DNA of 64,000 nucleotides from Nitrospirales bacterium (GCA_963422365.1 OY729426.1:1216001-1280000); one strand, 5' to 3'. Numbered from the stretch's first letter, positions 1 through 9,427 are shown. Numbers and translations are program-made. The notes: generated from the letters alone by a model not told the origin.

Positions 1-559
1 GCCCTTGGTGGTCAAACCCGCTAACGAGGGATCCACGGTGGGCGCGTCGATCGTGCGAAAACCCTCGCAGTGGAAGCGCGCACTGCAGCAGGCCTTTGAA
101 CACGATCATGAAGTGCTCGTGGAATCGTTTATCGATGGTCGTGAAATTGCCGTGTCCGTGTTGGACGGCGAGGCCTTGCCTCCGATCGAAATTGTCGCGC
201 CCGGTGCGTTTTATGATTATGCAGCCAAATATGAGAAAACCGAGACGCGTTATGTCTGCCCGTCCCCCTTGACAAAGCCCCAAGAGCAACGGGTGAAAGC
301 GTTGGCGGTTCGAGCTTACCAAGTGATGGGCTGTGCCGGTGCCGCCAGAATTGATTTCCGGCTCACTCAACACGGCAGGCCTATTTTTTTAGAAATCAAT
401 ACGATCCCCGGAATGACTCCAAGGAGCTTGTTGCCCATGTCCGCAGTCCAGGCCGGCATTGATTATGGCTCTCTGACAGAACGTATTCTACAGTCCGCGA
501 TCACGCGGCAATCGAGTTGGGCGATAAGGACAACCAAGGTGAGGCGAGGGCGATCATGA
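1..559 (+). CDS. ddl: D-alanine--D-alanine ligase (5'-truncated by window)
   Basis: Motifs VKP..EGST, FYDYAAKY, RIDF, LEINTIPGMT; directly upstream of ftsQ. Confidence 0.95.
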   Translation, partial: PLVVKPANEGSTVGASIVRKPSQWKRALQQAFEHDHEVLVESFIDGREIAVSVLDGEALPPIEIVAPGAFYDYAAKYEKTETRYVCPSPLTKPQEQRVKALAVRAYQVMGCAGAARIDFRLTQHGRPIFLEINTIPGMTPRSLLPMSAVQAGIDYGSLTERILQSAITRQSSWAIRTTKVRRGRS

Positions 560-1323
560 GTCACGGGAACCGATCACTTCGGCAGACACCATCCTCGCAC
601 AGGCGATGCCGCCGGATTGTTCGAGTGGGGCGGCTCGGCATCTTGGTGACCCTCTGCGTGATGGGCTATCAGTGGCTTCCATCAGCTGTAGCTGGCTTGA
701 TGCCGATTCAGCGTGTGTCCATTTCCGGGACCGATCGAATCGATCGTCGAGTCATTCTATCGCTGTTGGATTTACCCGAGGATCGTTCGTTGCTTTCGGT
801 GGATCTCTTAGGACTAGGAAAGAAAGTGGAAGCCTATCCTTGGGTCGCTTCCGCGTCAGTGGGACGAGTCCTTCCTCACACCCTGACGGTGATCGTGAGA
901 GAGCGTAAGCCGGCAGGGTTGGTTCAACACGCAGGGGGGAAATTGCTTTTAGACCAAGAGGGAGTGGTGGTGTCTCTTGCGCCCGACGGGTCGACGGGAA
1001 CTTTGCCGACCCTCGTAGGGCTTGCCGCGGTAAAATTTTTGGGAGGAGACCGCGCGGTACAAGATCGGGCTCGGAGGGGACTCCACTTCGCCGAGCACCT
1101 GCAGCGTCACGTTGGCCTCACCGTAACGGTGGATTTGAGTGATGCGCGGTTCATGGTCGGGAAAACCGACAGGCTGGTGTTTTGGGTGAAGAACGAATTC
1201 CAACACATGTGGCAGCAGTATCTCACTCTGGAGCCATCTCTGCAGGAACGTCTTCATCAGGGACCTCAAGAGATTGATTTACGGTTTGCCGGCCAAGTAA
1301 TTGTTCGGAAGAAAGGTGATTAA
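556..1323 (+). CDS. ftsQ: Cell division protein FtsQ/DivIB
   Basis: ATG at 556 overlaps ddl stop (ATGA); one TM helix, POTRA-like PWVASASVGRVLPHTL, C-terminal IDLRF; between ddl and ftsA. Confidence 0.88.
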   Translation: MSHGNRSLRQTPSSHRRCRRIVRVGRLGILVTLCVMGYQWLPSAVAGLMPIQRVSISGTDRIDRRVILSLLDLPEDRSLLSVDLLGLGKKVEAYPWVASASVGRVLPHTLTVIVRERKPAGLVQHAGGKLLLDQEGVVVSLAPDGSTGTLPTLVGLAAVKFLGGDRAVQDRARRGLHFAEHLQRHVGLTVTVDLSDARFMVGKTDRLVFWVKNEFQHMWQQYLTLEPSLQERLHQGPQEIDLRFAGQVIVRKKGD

Positions 1324-1328
1324 GTCTC

Positions 1329-2570
1329 ATGGCCCCCAAAGAGCATATCGTTGTCGGGCTTGATATTGGAACAACCAAAATTTGCGCCATAATGGGGCAG
1401 GTGACGCCTGATCAGGGAGTCGACATCATTGGTGTGGGCTCGAGTCCATCTCGGGGGCTTCGAAAAGGCGGCGTCGTGAATATTGAAAGCACCGTGGAGT
1501 CGATTAAAAAGGCGGTGAAGGAAGCAGGGAAGATGGCATCAGTCCCAATCGACTCGGTCTACATCGGCATTGCTGGCAGTCATATTTCCAGTGAGCAGGG
1601 AAAGGGCATGGTGGTGCTCAGGCGAGGTGAAGTCTTTCGAGCCGATGTGTATCGAGCTCTTGAGATGGCTAGGGCAGCGGCTGTGGTGCCATCTGATCGA
1701 CGCGTGCTGCATGTGCTGCCTCGAGAGTTTATCGTGGATGACCAAGAAGGCATTCAAGATCCGGTCGGCATTTCCGGCAGAAGGTTGGAGGTTAAGGTGC
1801 ATATCGTCACTGGCGCGGTGACCTCGGCTAAGAATCTTATAAATTGCGTCAATCTAGCAGGGCTCAATGTGGTCGATTTTATCTTACAGCCGTTGGCCTC
1901 AAGTGAAGCCGTTCTCACGAACGAAGAAAAAGAGGTGGGTGTTGCCATGGTCGATCTCGGGGGTGGGACATCCGATTTGGCCATTTTTTCCGATGGGACG
2001 ATTTGTCATTCGGCCGTGTTACCGGTAGGCGGTCAGCATATTACGACTGACCTGCAAATTGGGTTGCGTACGTCGCTCGCCGATGCAGAAAACATCAAGG
2101 TGCGTTATGGCGCAGCGCTTGACAACATGGTGAAAAATACGGAAATCGTGAAGGTCCCGAGTCTCGGTGGCCGTTCCCCGCATCCCATGAGCAGGCGGGA
2201 AATTGCCGAGATTATCCAAGCGCGGGTGGAGGAAATTTTTGAATTGGTCCTGCAAGAAATTCGTCAATCAGGCTATAAGAACAAACTGGCCGCAGGAGTG
2301 GTCATCACCGGGGGCACTTCGATGTTGAAAGGTATGCAGGATGCAGCCGAACTTGTGCTGGATCTGCCGGGGAGACTCGGCGTACCGTTCGGCGTGGGTG
2401 AATTGCGAGATAAAGTGAGCGAGCCGGTGTTTTCCACGGGGGTGGGTCTGGTTTTGCACGCGCATCGAATGGACCAGGAATTCGAGACCGTTGGTGGGGG
2501 AAGGAAAATCAGGAATGAGTTAGACAGTATGTTCGGTCGGATGAAGGACTGGGCCGTAAATTTTTTCTAA
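1329..2570 (+). CDS. ftsA: Cell division protein FtsA
   Basis: VGLDIGTTKI, DLGGGTSD, VITGG, amphipathic C-terminal helix. Confidence 0.97.
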   Translation: MAPKEHIVVGLDIGTTKICAIMGQVTPDQGVDIIGVGSSPSRGLRKGGVVNIESTVESIKKAVKEAGKMASVPIDSVYIGIAGSHISSEQGKGMVVLRRGEVFRADVYRALEMARAAAVVPSDRRVLHVLPREFIVDDQEGIQDPVGISGRRLEVKVHIVTGAVTSAKNLINCVNLAGLNVVDFILQPLASSEAVLTNEEKEVGVAMVDLGGGTSDLAIFSDGTICHSAVLPVGGQHITTDLQIGLRTSLADAENIKVRYGAALDNMVKNTEIVKVPSLGGRSPHPMSRREIAEIIQARVEEIFELVLQEIRQSGYKNKLAAGVVITGGTSMLKGMQDAAELVLDLPGRLGVPFGVGELRDKVSEPVFSTGVGLVLHAHRMDQEFETVGGGRKIRNELDSMFGRMKDWAVNFF

Positions 2571-2756
2571 GGGTCTGGTGTAGAAAGCAAAAATTTTCAG
2601 ACACCACAGCGCAACACCCTCACCGGTCAAGAGGAAGGGAGAAGGTGGCAATGGCCTCTCCCACACGGTCGATTGTGCAATCCATGCAGGGTGCGCCGTT
2701 GCCTCTTTCAGGGATAGAGGACGTGGAGTTTGGGTTTCATAGAAAGGAGGCGTGTC

Positions 2757-2822
2757 ATGTTTGCATTTCAAGAGGAAGAGATTTCCCCCATGTTTGCATT
2801 TCAAGAGGAAGAGATTTCCCCC
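2757..2822 (+). repeat. Perfect 33-bp tandem duplication at ftsZ start
   Basis: atgtttgcatttcaagaggaagagatttccccc at 2757-2789 and again at 2790-2822 (MFAFQEEEISP x2). Confidence 0.97.
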
Positions 2823-3893
2823 ATTCGGATTAAGGTTATTGGGATTGGTGGAGCAGGGTGCAATGCGGTCAATACCATGGTTGCCGCTGGTCTCACACGA
2901 GTTGAGTTTGTGGTTGCGAATACGGATCTTCAATCGTTAAGTAAATCATTTGCCCAGCACAGGATTCAGTTAGGCCCGGAGCAAACAAAAGGACTCGGGG
3001 CTGGCGCGAATCCCAAAGTGGGGAAGGCTGCCGCTCGTGAAAGTGAAACGGAGATCCGTGAAGCCTTGGAAGGTGTGGATATGGTGTTCGTCACTGCGGG
3101 CATGGGCGGTGGGACGGGAACGGGTGGAGCGCCCATTGTGGCTGGAATTGCCAGAGAGTTGGGGATCTTGACGGTGGGCGTGGTGACAAAACCGTTTCAG
3201 CATGAAGCCCCTCGTCGGATGGCCTACGCCGAGGAGGGCTTGCGGGAACTCCGACGTCATGTGGATTCGTTGCTCGTTATCCCCAATCAGACACTGCTCA
3301 CCTTGGTGGAGAAAAACACGCCGGTGTTGGAGGCGTTCAAAGTTGCCGATGATGTCTTGCGGCAGGCTGTTAAGGGCATTACCGATGTCATCACCACTCC
3401 CGGCCTCGTGAACGTAGATTTTGCCGACGTGAAAACGGTCATGTCCTACAAGGGGAGAGCGGTGATGGGGATGGGCGTGGCCAAAGGGATGAATCGCGCG
3501 ATGGAAGCGGCCAAGAAAGCGATTAACAGCCCGTTGTTGGAAGAGAGCAGTATCGAGGGGGCCCAAGGGCTGCTGTTGAATATCAGCGGTGGCAGGGATC
3601 TGTCCTTACATGAAGTCGACGAAGCGTCAACCATTGCGAAAGAACCCGCGGATCCTCAAGCCAATGTTATCGTCGGGTACGTGCTCGATCCCGAATTGAA
3701 AGACGAGGTCGTTGTCACGGTGATCGCGACCGGGTCCAGGGCCCGGATGCCTTCCGAGGATGGTTCCTTTGACGACTTGGATCGTCCGGCTTTTCTACGA
3801 CAAAGGAAATCGGATTCTCGAGTCGAACAGGGTAATTTGTTGTTGGATGAAGATTGGGAAGTCCCCACTTTTTTGCGAAGGCGAGGGACTTGA
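2757..3893 (+). CDS. ftsZ: Cell division protein FtsZ
   Basis: SD AAGGAGG then ATG at 2757; IKVIGIGGAGCNA, GMGGGTGTG, VNVDFAD. Confidence 0.98.
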   Translation: MFAFQEEEISPMFAFQEEEISPIRIKVIGIGGAGCNAVNTMVAAGLTRVEFVVANTDLQSLSKSFAQHRIQLGPEQTKGLGAGANPKVGKAAARESETEIREALEGVDMVFVTAGMGGGTGTGGAPIVAGIARELGILTVGVVTKPFQHEAPRRMAYAEEGLRELRRHVDSLLVIPNQTLLTLVEKNTPVLEAFKVADDVLRQAVKGITDVITTPGLVNVDFADVKTVMSYKGRAVMGMGVAKGMNRAMEAAKKAINSPLLEESSIEGAQGLLLNISGGRDLSLHEVDEASTIAKEPADPQANVIVGYVLDPELKDEVVVTVIATGSRARMPSEDGSFDDLDRPAFLRQRKSDSRVEQGNLLLDEDWEVPTFLRRRGT

Positions 3894-3922
3894 CGAGTTG
3901 ATACAAAAGGAGGGCATGAAGA

Positions 3923-4729
3923 ATGATGCTTGTTGCAGAGGGGGCCACACATTCTCCAAAAATGATGCTTCCACTTACGAGTTCCTCCTTCGGGAGGATG
4001 ACGCAAGGCATTGTGCATTTCTTCGGTACGCGATATGGGCCACAGTATGGAGGAGTGAATGGTGAACAGGGGACAGTGAAGGCCGGAGACCCTGGCTACC
4101 CCTTGGTGGTTTCTGTCTCCCAGGTGCACGGTACGGATGTGTTGAGCATCGATCGTCCCCTGAAAGTAGGTGAACGATTTTTTGATGGCTATGACGCCAT
4201 TCTCACCAATCAACCCGAAACGTTATTAACCATCCAAACCGCTGACTGTGTTCCCGTGTTGCTTGTGGATTCCCCGCGTGGAGTGGTTGGGGTCGTGCAT
4301 GCGGGCTGGCGTGGGGCGGTGCATGGCATTGTGGCGAAGAGTGTTCAGAAAATGGCGGAACGGTTTGGTGCTGACCTTGCTTCCCTTCATGTGGCGATTG
4401 GGCCGTCAGCCGGCCCCTGTTGCTATGAAGTCGATACGCCGGTGCTTGAACAGTTGGCGCCGGATTTGCCGAATGCCTCGACCATCCTTAAACGAACCAG
4501 TCCCCGGACCGGCCAGTTAGATTTAAAAGAACTGATTCGGTGGCAAGCCGTGTCTCTCGGTATCGCCGAGGATCATCTTCATACCGTGGACATCTGCACC
4601 ATGTGTCGCTCAGATTTGTTTTTCTCCTATCGCCGGGAGGGAACAGTACATGGGAGTATGGTCAGCGGAATTATGTTGAGGTCAGCACGTTTCCGGGGAT
4701 CCTGCTTTCAAGGACGGACCGTTGAATGA
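3923..4729 (+). CDS. pgeF: Peptidoglycan editing factor PgeF/YfiH (start uncertain)
   Basis: QVHG, TADCVPVLL, HAGWRG, IGPSAGPCCYEV, FFSYRR. Confidence 0.93.
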   Translation: MMLVAEGATHSPKMMLPLTSSSFGRMTQGIVHFFGTRYGPQYGGVNGEQGTVKAGDPGYPLVVSVSQVHGTDVLSIDRPLKVGERFFDGYDAILTNQPETLLTIQTADCVPVLLVDSPRGVVGVVHAGWRGAVHGIVAKSVQKMAERFGADLASLHVAIGPSAGPCCYEVDTPVLEQLAPDLPNASTILKRTSPRTGQLDLKELIRWQAVSLGIAEDHLHTVDICTMCRSDLFFSYRREGTVHGSMVSGIMLRSARFRGSCFQGRTVE

Positions 4730-5435
4730 TCTATCGACGAAGATCCAGGCAACGCGTGATCGAATCCGGCGCGCTGCTGAACGTGTGGGACGGGATTCAC
4801 AGAGCGTGCGCTTGGTCGCCGCGACCAAATACGTTACGGCGCCTCGAGTCATGGAAGCCATCCGAGCGGGCCTTACCATCTGTGGAGAAAGCCGGTGGCA
4901 GGAAGCGCGAGTCAAGATGCAGACGGTGGGTCAACATGGGGGCGTAGAGTGGCACTTTATCGGGCGACTCCAGCGACGAAAACTCAAGTGGTTGGTGGGA
5001 CGATTTGGCTTAATTCATTCCGTTGAATCAGTCGAACAGGCTGAGGAGATTCAACGCCGGGCACAGGAACAACACACGTCCCAAGCCATCCTGCTTGAAG
5101 TGAATGTCGGAGGAGAAGAATCCAAGGGGGGCATCTCACCCGACGAACTGCAAGCGGCCGTCTCGGTAGTCGATTCATTCTCGCATGTTTCCGTGCAAGG
5201 GTTAATGACACTTCCCCCTTGGAATCCAGACGCCGACATGATGCGGCCGTATTTTCAACACCTCAAATATTTAGCGGACCAAATCAAAACGATGCCGCTG
5301 AAGAACATCCATATGCACGAACTCTCCATGGGCATGTCCCATGACTTTGAAGTTGCGGTGGAGGAAGGCGCGACGTTGGTTCGCGTCGGCACCGCGCTAT
5401 TTGGAACTCGACGACAGCCTACGATTTCTGAATGA
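4722..5435 (+). CDS. yggS: PLP homeostasis protein YggS
   Basis: LVAATK, WHFIGRLQ, LSMGMSHDFEVAVEEGATLVRVGTALFG. Confidence 0.95.
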   Translation: MNDLSTKIQATRDRIRRAAERVGRDSQSVRLVAATKYVTAPRVMEAIRAGLTICGESRWQEARVKMQTVGQHGGVEWHFIGRLQRRKLKWLVGRFGLIHSVESVEQAEEIQRRAQEQHTSQAILLEVNVGGEESKGGISPDELQAAVSVVDSFSHVSVQGLMTLPPWNPDADMMRPYFQHLKYLADQIKTMPLKNIHMHELSMGMSHDFEVAVEEGATLVRVGTALFGTRRQPTISE

Positions 5436-5541
5436 CCCGTCGAAAAGACACTTCACCGGCAAGCACCGGTCAAGCAAGACGCGCCTGCCGCCGGGGAGAG
5501 CAGACCGCGAAAAAACACGCGCGTCATGAAGAGAGGGAACC

Positions 5542-5838
5542 ATGTTTGTCGCAGGTAATCTGTTGCAGGGTTTGGCCTATGTTTTAGATACGGTCCTGTT
5601 TTTGTATATGTGGCTTATTCTTATCCGCGCCCTGATTTCGTGGGTGAATCCTGATCCGTGGAATCCGATCGTTCAGTTCCTCGCAAGGGCGACCGACCCC
5701 GTCCTGATCGTCATCCGACGGAGGGTGGGCTTACTCGGAGGCCTCGATGTCTCGCCCGTCTTGGCGATTTTGCTGATCATGTTTTTGCAATATGCCGTGG
5801 TGCAAACCATTCAGGATATTGGCGTCAGGTTGAATTGA
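5542..5838 (+). CDS. yggT: YggT family membrane protein
   Basis: SWVNPDPWNPIVQFL..ATDP, GLDVSP. Confidence 0.93.
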   Translation: MFVAGNLLQGLAYVLDTVLFLYMWLILIRALISWVNPDPWNPIVQFLARATDPVLIVIRRRVGLLGGLDVSPVLAILLIMFLQYAVVQTIQDIGVRLN

Positions 5839-5855
5839 CACTGGAGACAGGCATC

Positions 5856-5950
5856 ATGGAGAGCACTCCCTCATGACGATGTCTATCGTATGACGCTTCC
5901 ACGGAACACGGTCCGACGGCTGTGCGTCGAGAAGACCAATCCTTCCACCC
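5856..5950 (+). pseudogene. Possible heavily decayed divIVA 5' remnant
   Basis: SD GGAG + ATG GAG AGC ACT CCC; fragments across frames read MESTP..D.VYRMTL..VR-GC-RED.QSF, loosely like DivIVA MxITPxDI...FRGYDxEEV..F; follows yggT. Confidence 0.25.
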
Positions 5951-5987
5951 AGACGACTCGACGCTGTATCCGTTGACTGAGGCCCTC

Positions 5988-7100
5988 ATGGGTTCCATCC
6001 TCCACGCCTTTCAACAGGCCGTCGACGAAAAGGTCTTCCCAGGGGCAGTGGCCTTGGTGCGATCTCGTGGAACAGTCGTGTTTCATGAAGCCGTTGGGAA
6101 CCGAGGAACCCCACCCGATGACCAACCGGTCTGCCGAGAGTCGATCTATGACTTGGCTTCTTTAACCAAACCCTTGGCCACGACCACTGCGATGTTGTGT
6201 TTGGTCCAGGACGGTCGACTGCACTTGGACCAGTCCGTGTCCCAATGTGTGGAAGAACTGCAGGGGAGTCCATTTGCCAATGTCGTGCTTCAGCAACTGC
6301 TCTCGCACAGTGCAGGGTTGCCAGCCTGGAGGCCTTATTATGAACTGTTGTCGCCTTCAGGAGTCCCGCCTCACAATGAAAAAGAACGACAACGACGAGT
6401 GCACATTTTGTTAAACGCTCTAGCACAGGAATCAGTCGCCTATCAGCCGGGCAGGCAAAGCCTGTACAGCGATGTGGGGTTTATGCTGCTTGGCGTGATT
6501 ATCGAACGGTGCGCGGGGATGTCCTTGGCTGCCTATTGCCGACAGAGAATCTATGAGCCCTTAGGCGTTTCGTCTTTGGCCTTTATCGGTCCTGACGAAG
6601 CAGGAACGGCGTTGAAGGACCCGTCGGAAATCGTTCCCACGGAATGGGATGTCTGGAGAAACCGTCTGCTGTGCGGAGAAGTGCATGATGAAAATGCCTA
6701 TGCGTTGGGAGGCAGCGCCGGGCACGCCGGGCTGTTTGGAACGGCTCAAGCCGTCGGTCAGCTTTCAGCCGTATGGCTGCAGGCCGTAAAAGGCCAAGAC
6801 GGATTGTTGAGCGCTGCTCTTGCGAAACGGTTTACCCATCGTCAATCTCATATCTCTCAGTCCAGTTGGGGGTTGGGATGGGATACCCCGTCTGCCCCCT
6901 CATCTTCAGGCGCGCGGTTTTCATCGCAGGCGTTTGGGCATGTGGGATTTACAGGAACGTCTCTCTGGATCGATCCATCCTGTGAGCTTGAGGTGATTAT
7001 TGTGTCTAATCGGGTGCATCCTACTCGGACAAATACGGCCATCAAGACATTTCGGCCACAGCTTCATGATGCGATCTATCAGGAATGGGGTGGGGGGTGA
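5988..7100 (+). CDS. Serine hydrolase, beta-lactamase class C-like family
   Basis: ASLTK (SxxK), YSD, GEVHDEN, GHAGLF, FGHVGFTGTSLWID, NRVHP. Confidence 0.9.
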   Translation: MGSILHAFQQAVDEKVFPGAVALVRSRGTVVFHEAVGNRGTPPDDQPVCRESIYDLASLTKPLATTTAMLCLVQDGRLHLDQSVSQCVEELQGSPFANVVLQQLLSHSAGLPAWRPYYELLSPSGVPPHNEKERQRRVHILLNALAQESVAYQPGRQSLYSDVGFMLLGVIIERCAGMSLAAYCRQRIYEPLGVSSLAFIGPDEAGTALKDPSEIVPTEWDVWRNRLLCGEVHDENAYALGGSAGHAGLFGTAQAVGQLSAVWLQAVKGQDGLLSAALAKRFTHRQSHISQSSWGLGWDTPSAPSSSGARFSSQAFGHVGFTGTSLWIDPSCELEVIIVSNRVHPTRTNTAIKTFRPQLHDAIYQEWGGG

Positions 7101-7145
7101 AGTGTCGGAGAACGATAAGCACGAAACGTTCGAATGGGAAGCAGG

Positions 7146-7460
7146 TCAGGCAGGATACTCAACCCAGGACTCTTTTTCTGCGAGATATTTCTGTCCCTTA
7201 AAATTCAACCGCGTCCGCATTTGCGTAAAGCCTAAGTGCTGAAGTTTGTCCACAATGTCCTTGATGGCCCCACCCACGGTCTGGTCAATCCCGCTTTCCG
7301 TCACTAACGCTTCATACATCATACTGGCCGTATAGCCACGGTTCACATGCTTGACCACTACAACGCGGTTGAAAGATCGAGCGCTGGGGTCGGTGCCCTC
7401 CAACTGGTGTTTCTCTACGATCACGTTGCGCAACCGAAATGACAGCGGCAAGGTACTCAT
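7146..7460 (-). CDS. Hypothetical protein
   Basis: Clean ORF from ATG at 7460 (MSTLPLSFRLRNV...YLAEKESWVEYPA). Confidence 0.75.
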   Translation of the reverse strand: MSTLPLSFRLRNVIVEKHQLEGTDPSARSFNRVVVVKHVNRGYTASMMYEALVTESGIDQTVGGAIKDIVDKLQHLGFTQMRTRLNFKGQKYLAEKESWVEYPA

Positions 7461-7496
7461 ACAGATTGATCCCTTAAGGCGTCCGTTTATCGTAAA

Positions 7497-7530
7497 CGAC
7501 GGTAGGGCGAGTTGCGAAGCCCTGCCGTCG
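7497..7530. repeat. 12-bp stem-loop / GTAG REP-like palindrome
   Basis: cgacggtagggc-N10-gccctgccgtcg, one G-T pair. Confidence 0.6.
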
Positions 7531-7578
7531 AGGGTCCCCTGGTTTTCTCGCCGAAAAATTGACACGGTGCAAGTGATC

Positions 7579-8130
7579 TCATGGCAATGAGAGTGACTTA
7601 GATAATGAAGCTGCTATTTCTTGCGCGGCTTCGGCAAGGCCCTTCCGCATTGTTCGATCTGCTATTGACCCTGCTTGGCCTCCCCAGCCATTTTGCCAAC
7701 TAACTCCAGCGATTATTCTGCCGCTATGCGTGCTTGATGCGCGTGCGCTCGCATTTTGAATCTGGCCATCATACGAACCTGCACCCTTAATGGTCAGGTA
7801 CGCATCAATGCCCTTGTCCTGTAGCTTTTTTAACCCTTGAGGTGTGGCGATCTCAAGTTCATCCATATTGAGGCGAACCAGCAATTTCGATGTTGATGCG
7901 GAGTCAATGATTGTGTAGCCAAAGTTCGACAGCTCAATGCCCACAGCTTCAGCAAGTAAGCCACCTTCAGAAGCCATTGCAATTGCGCGCACAGGATGTG
8001 TCTCCGCGGACGCAATTGGTAAATTCGACACTTTAGATGAAGCCCATGCCGCGAACGTAGTCACAAAGATTATAGAGCAAGTGAGAGCGCTCATAGCGCC
8101 TGTTCTGTCTTGTATTGCATTCAAATACAT
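7579..8130 (-). CDS. Hypothetical exported protein (lipoprotein-like)
   Basis: 183-aa ORF in AT-richer islet; hydrophobic N-terminal segment ending FAAW-ASSK; alternative start at 8094. Confidence 0.7.
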   Translation of the reverse strand: MYLNAIQDRTGAMSALTCSIIFVTTFAAWASSKVSNLPIASAETHPVRAIAMASEGGLLAEAVGIELSNFGYTIIDSASTSKLLVRLNMDELEIATPQGLKKLQDKGIDAYLTIKGAGSYDGQIQNASARASSTHSGRIIAGVSWQNGWGGQAGSIADRTMRKGLAEAAQEIAASLSKSLSLP

Positions 8131-8451
8131 ATCGCCGTAGGCCTCGACATGAGCGTCGAGTCAGGGAGGATACTCCCATTTAGTGTCAATGTCAGTATTT
8201 TTCTCCAGGTTGAGAAGCGATCGTTGGGCAAACCCGCACTGGCGTAGGATGTTTAGCTGGACATGAACTTTCCTCTCAAGGGAGAAGAGAGAAATTGCAG
8301 GAGGTTCCCTCGGACCCTACAACTTTCGAAAGACTAAACATATGCCCCTCAAAAACTGTTCATTGCACCAAACGGGCTGCTTTGGTTCCATGGGTAATCT
8401 TGCTAACCCACTCGGCATCTATGAGAACGTTCGACACCGTAATTTATCCGG

Positions 8452-8526
8452 TTCAGAACCTTACACTGCTCGCTGGAACAGTGATTTTTTTGTGAGGATA
8501 AGCGGACGGTAGCCTAAGCGTTAGAA
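8452..8526 (+). mobile_element. Degenerate attC-like site (left)
   Basis: Ends ggtag-cctaagc-GTTAGAA, just before SD and ATG at 8548; weak complementarity to ttcagaaccttacactgctcgct. Confidence 0.35.
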
Positions 8527-8547
8527 TACCATAAGGAAGGAAAGGAT

Positions 8548-9078
8548 ATGGCTGACAAGTATGATGCTCTATTTGGTTTTTACATCAAGTGATATGACGA
8601 TGAAATAGCCTGTTTTCGAGGATTGGATACGAAGATAGCGCGATATTTATCAGCGTACTCAATACTGATCGCCCTTACGGGGTTTGTTGGCTTTAATCTT
8701 CGGCTTCTTCTTGATGACTTGGGATTGAACCGTTGGGTTCTCGCCAATTCTATGTGTTTAGCATGTGTTTTTGTTGCTTATACTAGTGGCTTTTCCCACT
8801 TGATAAGTGCCCTCAAGCTGGAAAACGTGCAGCGATTTGCTTACGACGACTCAGTAATCGAATGCTTTTTTGAGCAGCAACCAATCAATATTACGTATGC
8901 GTTGGCACGTAGGGCAAAGGAGGCAATTGCGCACAATGTGTTACGTGGAAACCGCAAAAGGGAAAAGATAGCAAAGGCGATCAACGGGTCGTTTTCGCTG
9001 ACGACGATGGTATTCTTGGCGGCATGTGTGTTGCTTGCAATAGGCACTGTCCATTTTGCTTCGAATACCTGGTCATGA
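8548..9078 (+). pseudogene. Multi-TM membrane protein with premature stop
   Basis: Strong SD (aggaaggaaagga), ATG 8548, MADKYDALFGFYIK, TGA at 8590-8592, then the same frame continues into ORF 8623-9078 (about 3 TM helices). Confidence 0.75.
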
Positions 9079-9253
9079 TGAAAAATGGAATAGGAGTACC
9101 CAATTTCCATTCCAGTGTTCATAGGTCAGCAGGCTGGTACCCTATGAAAAAAAAGCATGTGTGTCGACTATTCTCTTAGCTTAGTAATGTTTCTGGCAGG
9201 ACGTGTTTCCATATGTCGAGTTACCAACCCAACCAAAAGAGAGGTCCGTAACT

Positions 9254-9427
9254 ATGTCGGAAAACAATCAGGTTGACTCCTACGCACATCAACAACCGCA
9301 AGTTCAACCACAGACGTCAGAGCCGGCATCTCCAGATCCTGATGTACAGGCTCCTCAAAACGTATTGATTACAGAAGGCTACGAGCCGCCAACAGCAGCT
9401 CGCGTTTTCAAAAAAGACGTCTGGTAA
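9254..9427 (+). CDS. Small Pro/Gln-rich peptide (57 aa)
   Basis: SD agagagg, ATG 9254; MSENNQVDSYAHQQPQVQPQ...PQNVLITEGYEPP...FKKDVW. Confidence 0.6.
   Translation: MSENNQVDSYAHQQPQVQPQTSEPASPDPDVQAPQNVLITEGYEPPTAARVFKKDVW

Noticed and set aside
2757..2822. 33-bp direct repeat as a CRISPR array
   Set aside because: Only two adjacent copies, no spacer, in frame within ftsZ, no cas genes
5432..5541. ORF starting at an ATGA overlap with the yggS stop as a proC remnant
   Set aside because: No similarity to ProC motifs visible in any frame
8342..8512. 56-aa ORF (MPLKNCSLHQ...) in the islet
   Set aside because: No clear SD or motif; cannot be distinguished from chance
8590..8592. In-frame TGA as selenocysteine or a recoded stop (also TGA at 32107 and TAG at 30321)
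   Set aside because: No evident SECIS-like hairpin or redox context; TGA and TAG end many normal genes here; the iron-uptake genes also carry frameshifts, so decay is simpler
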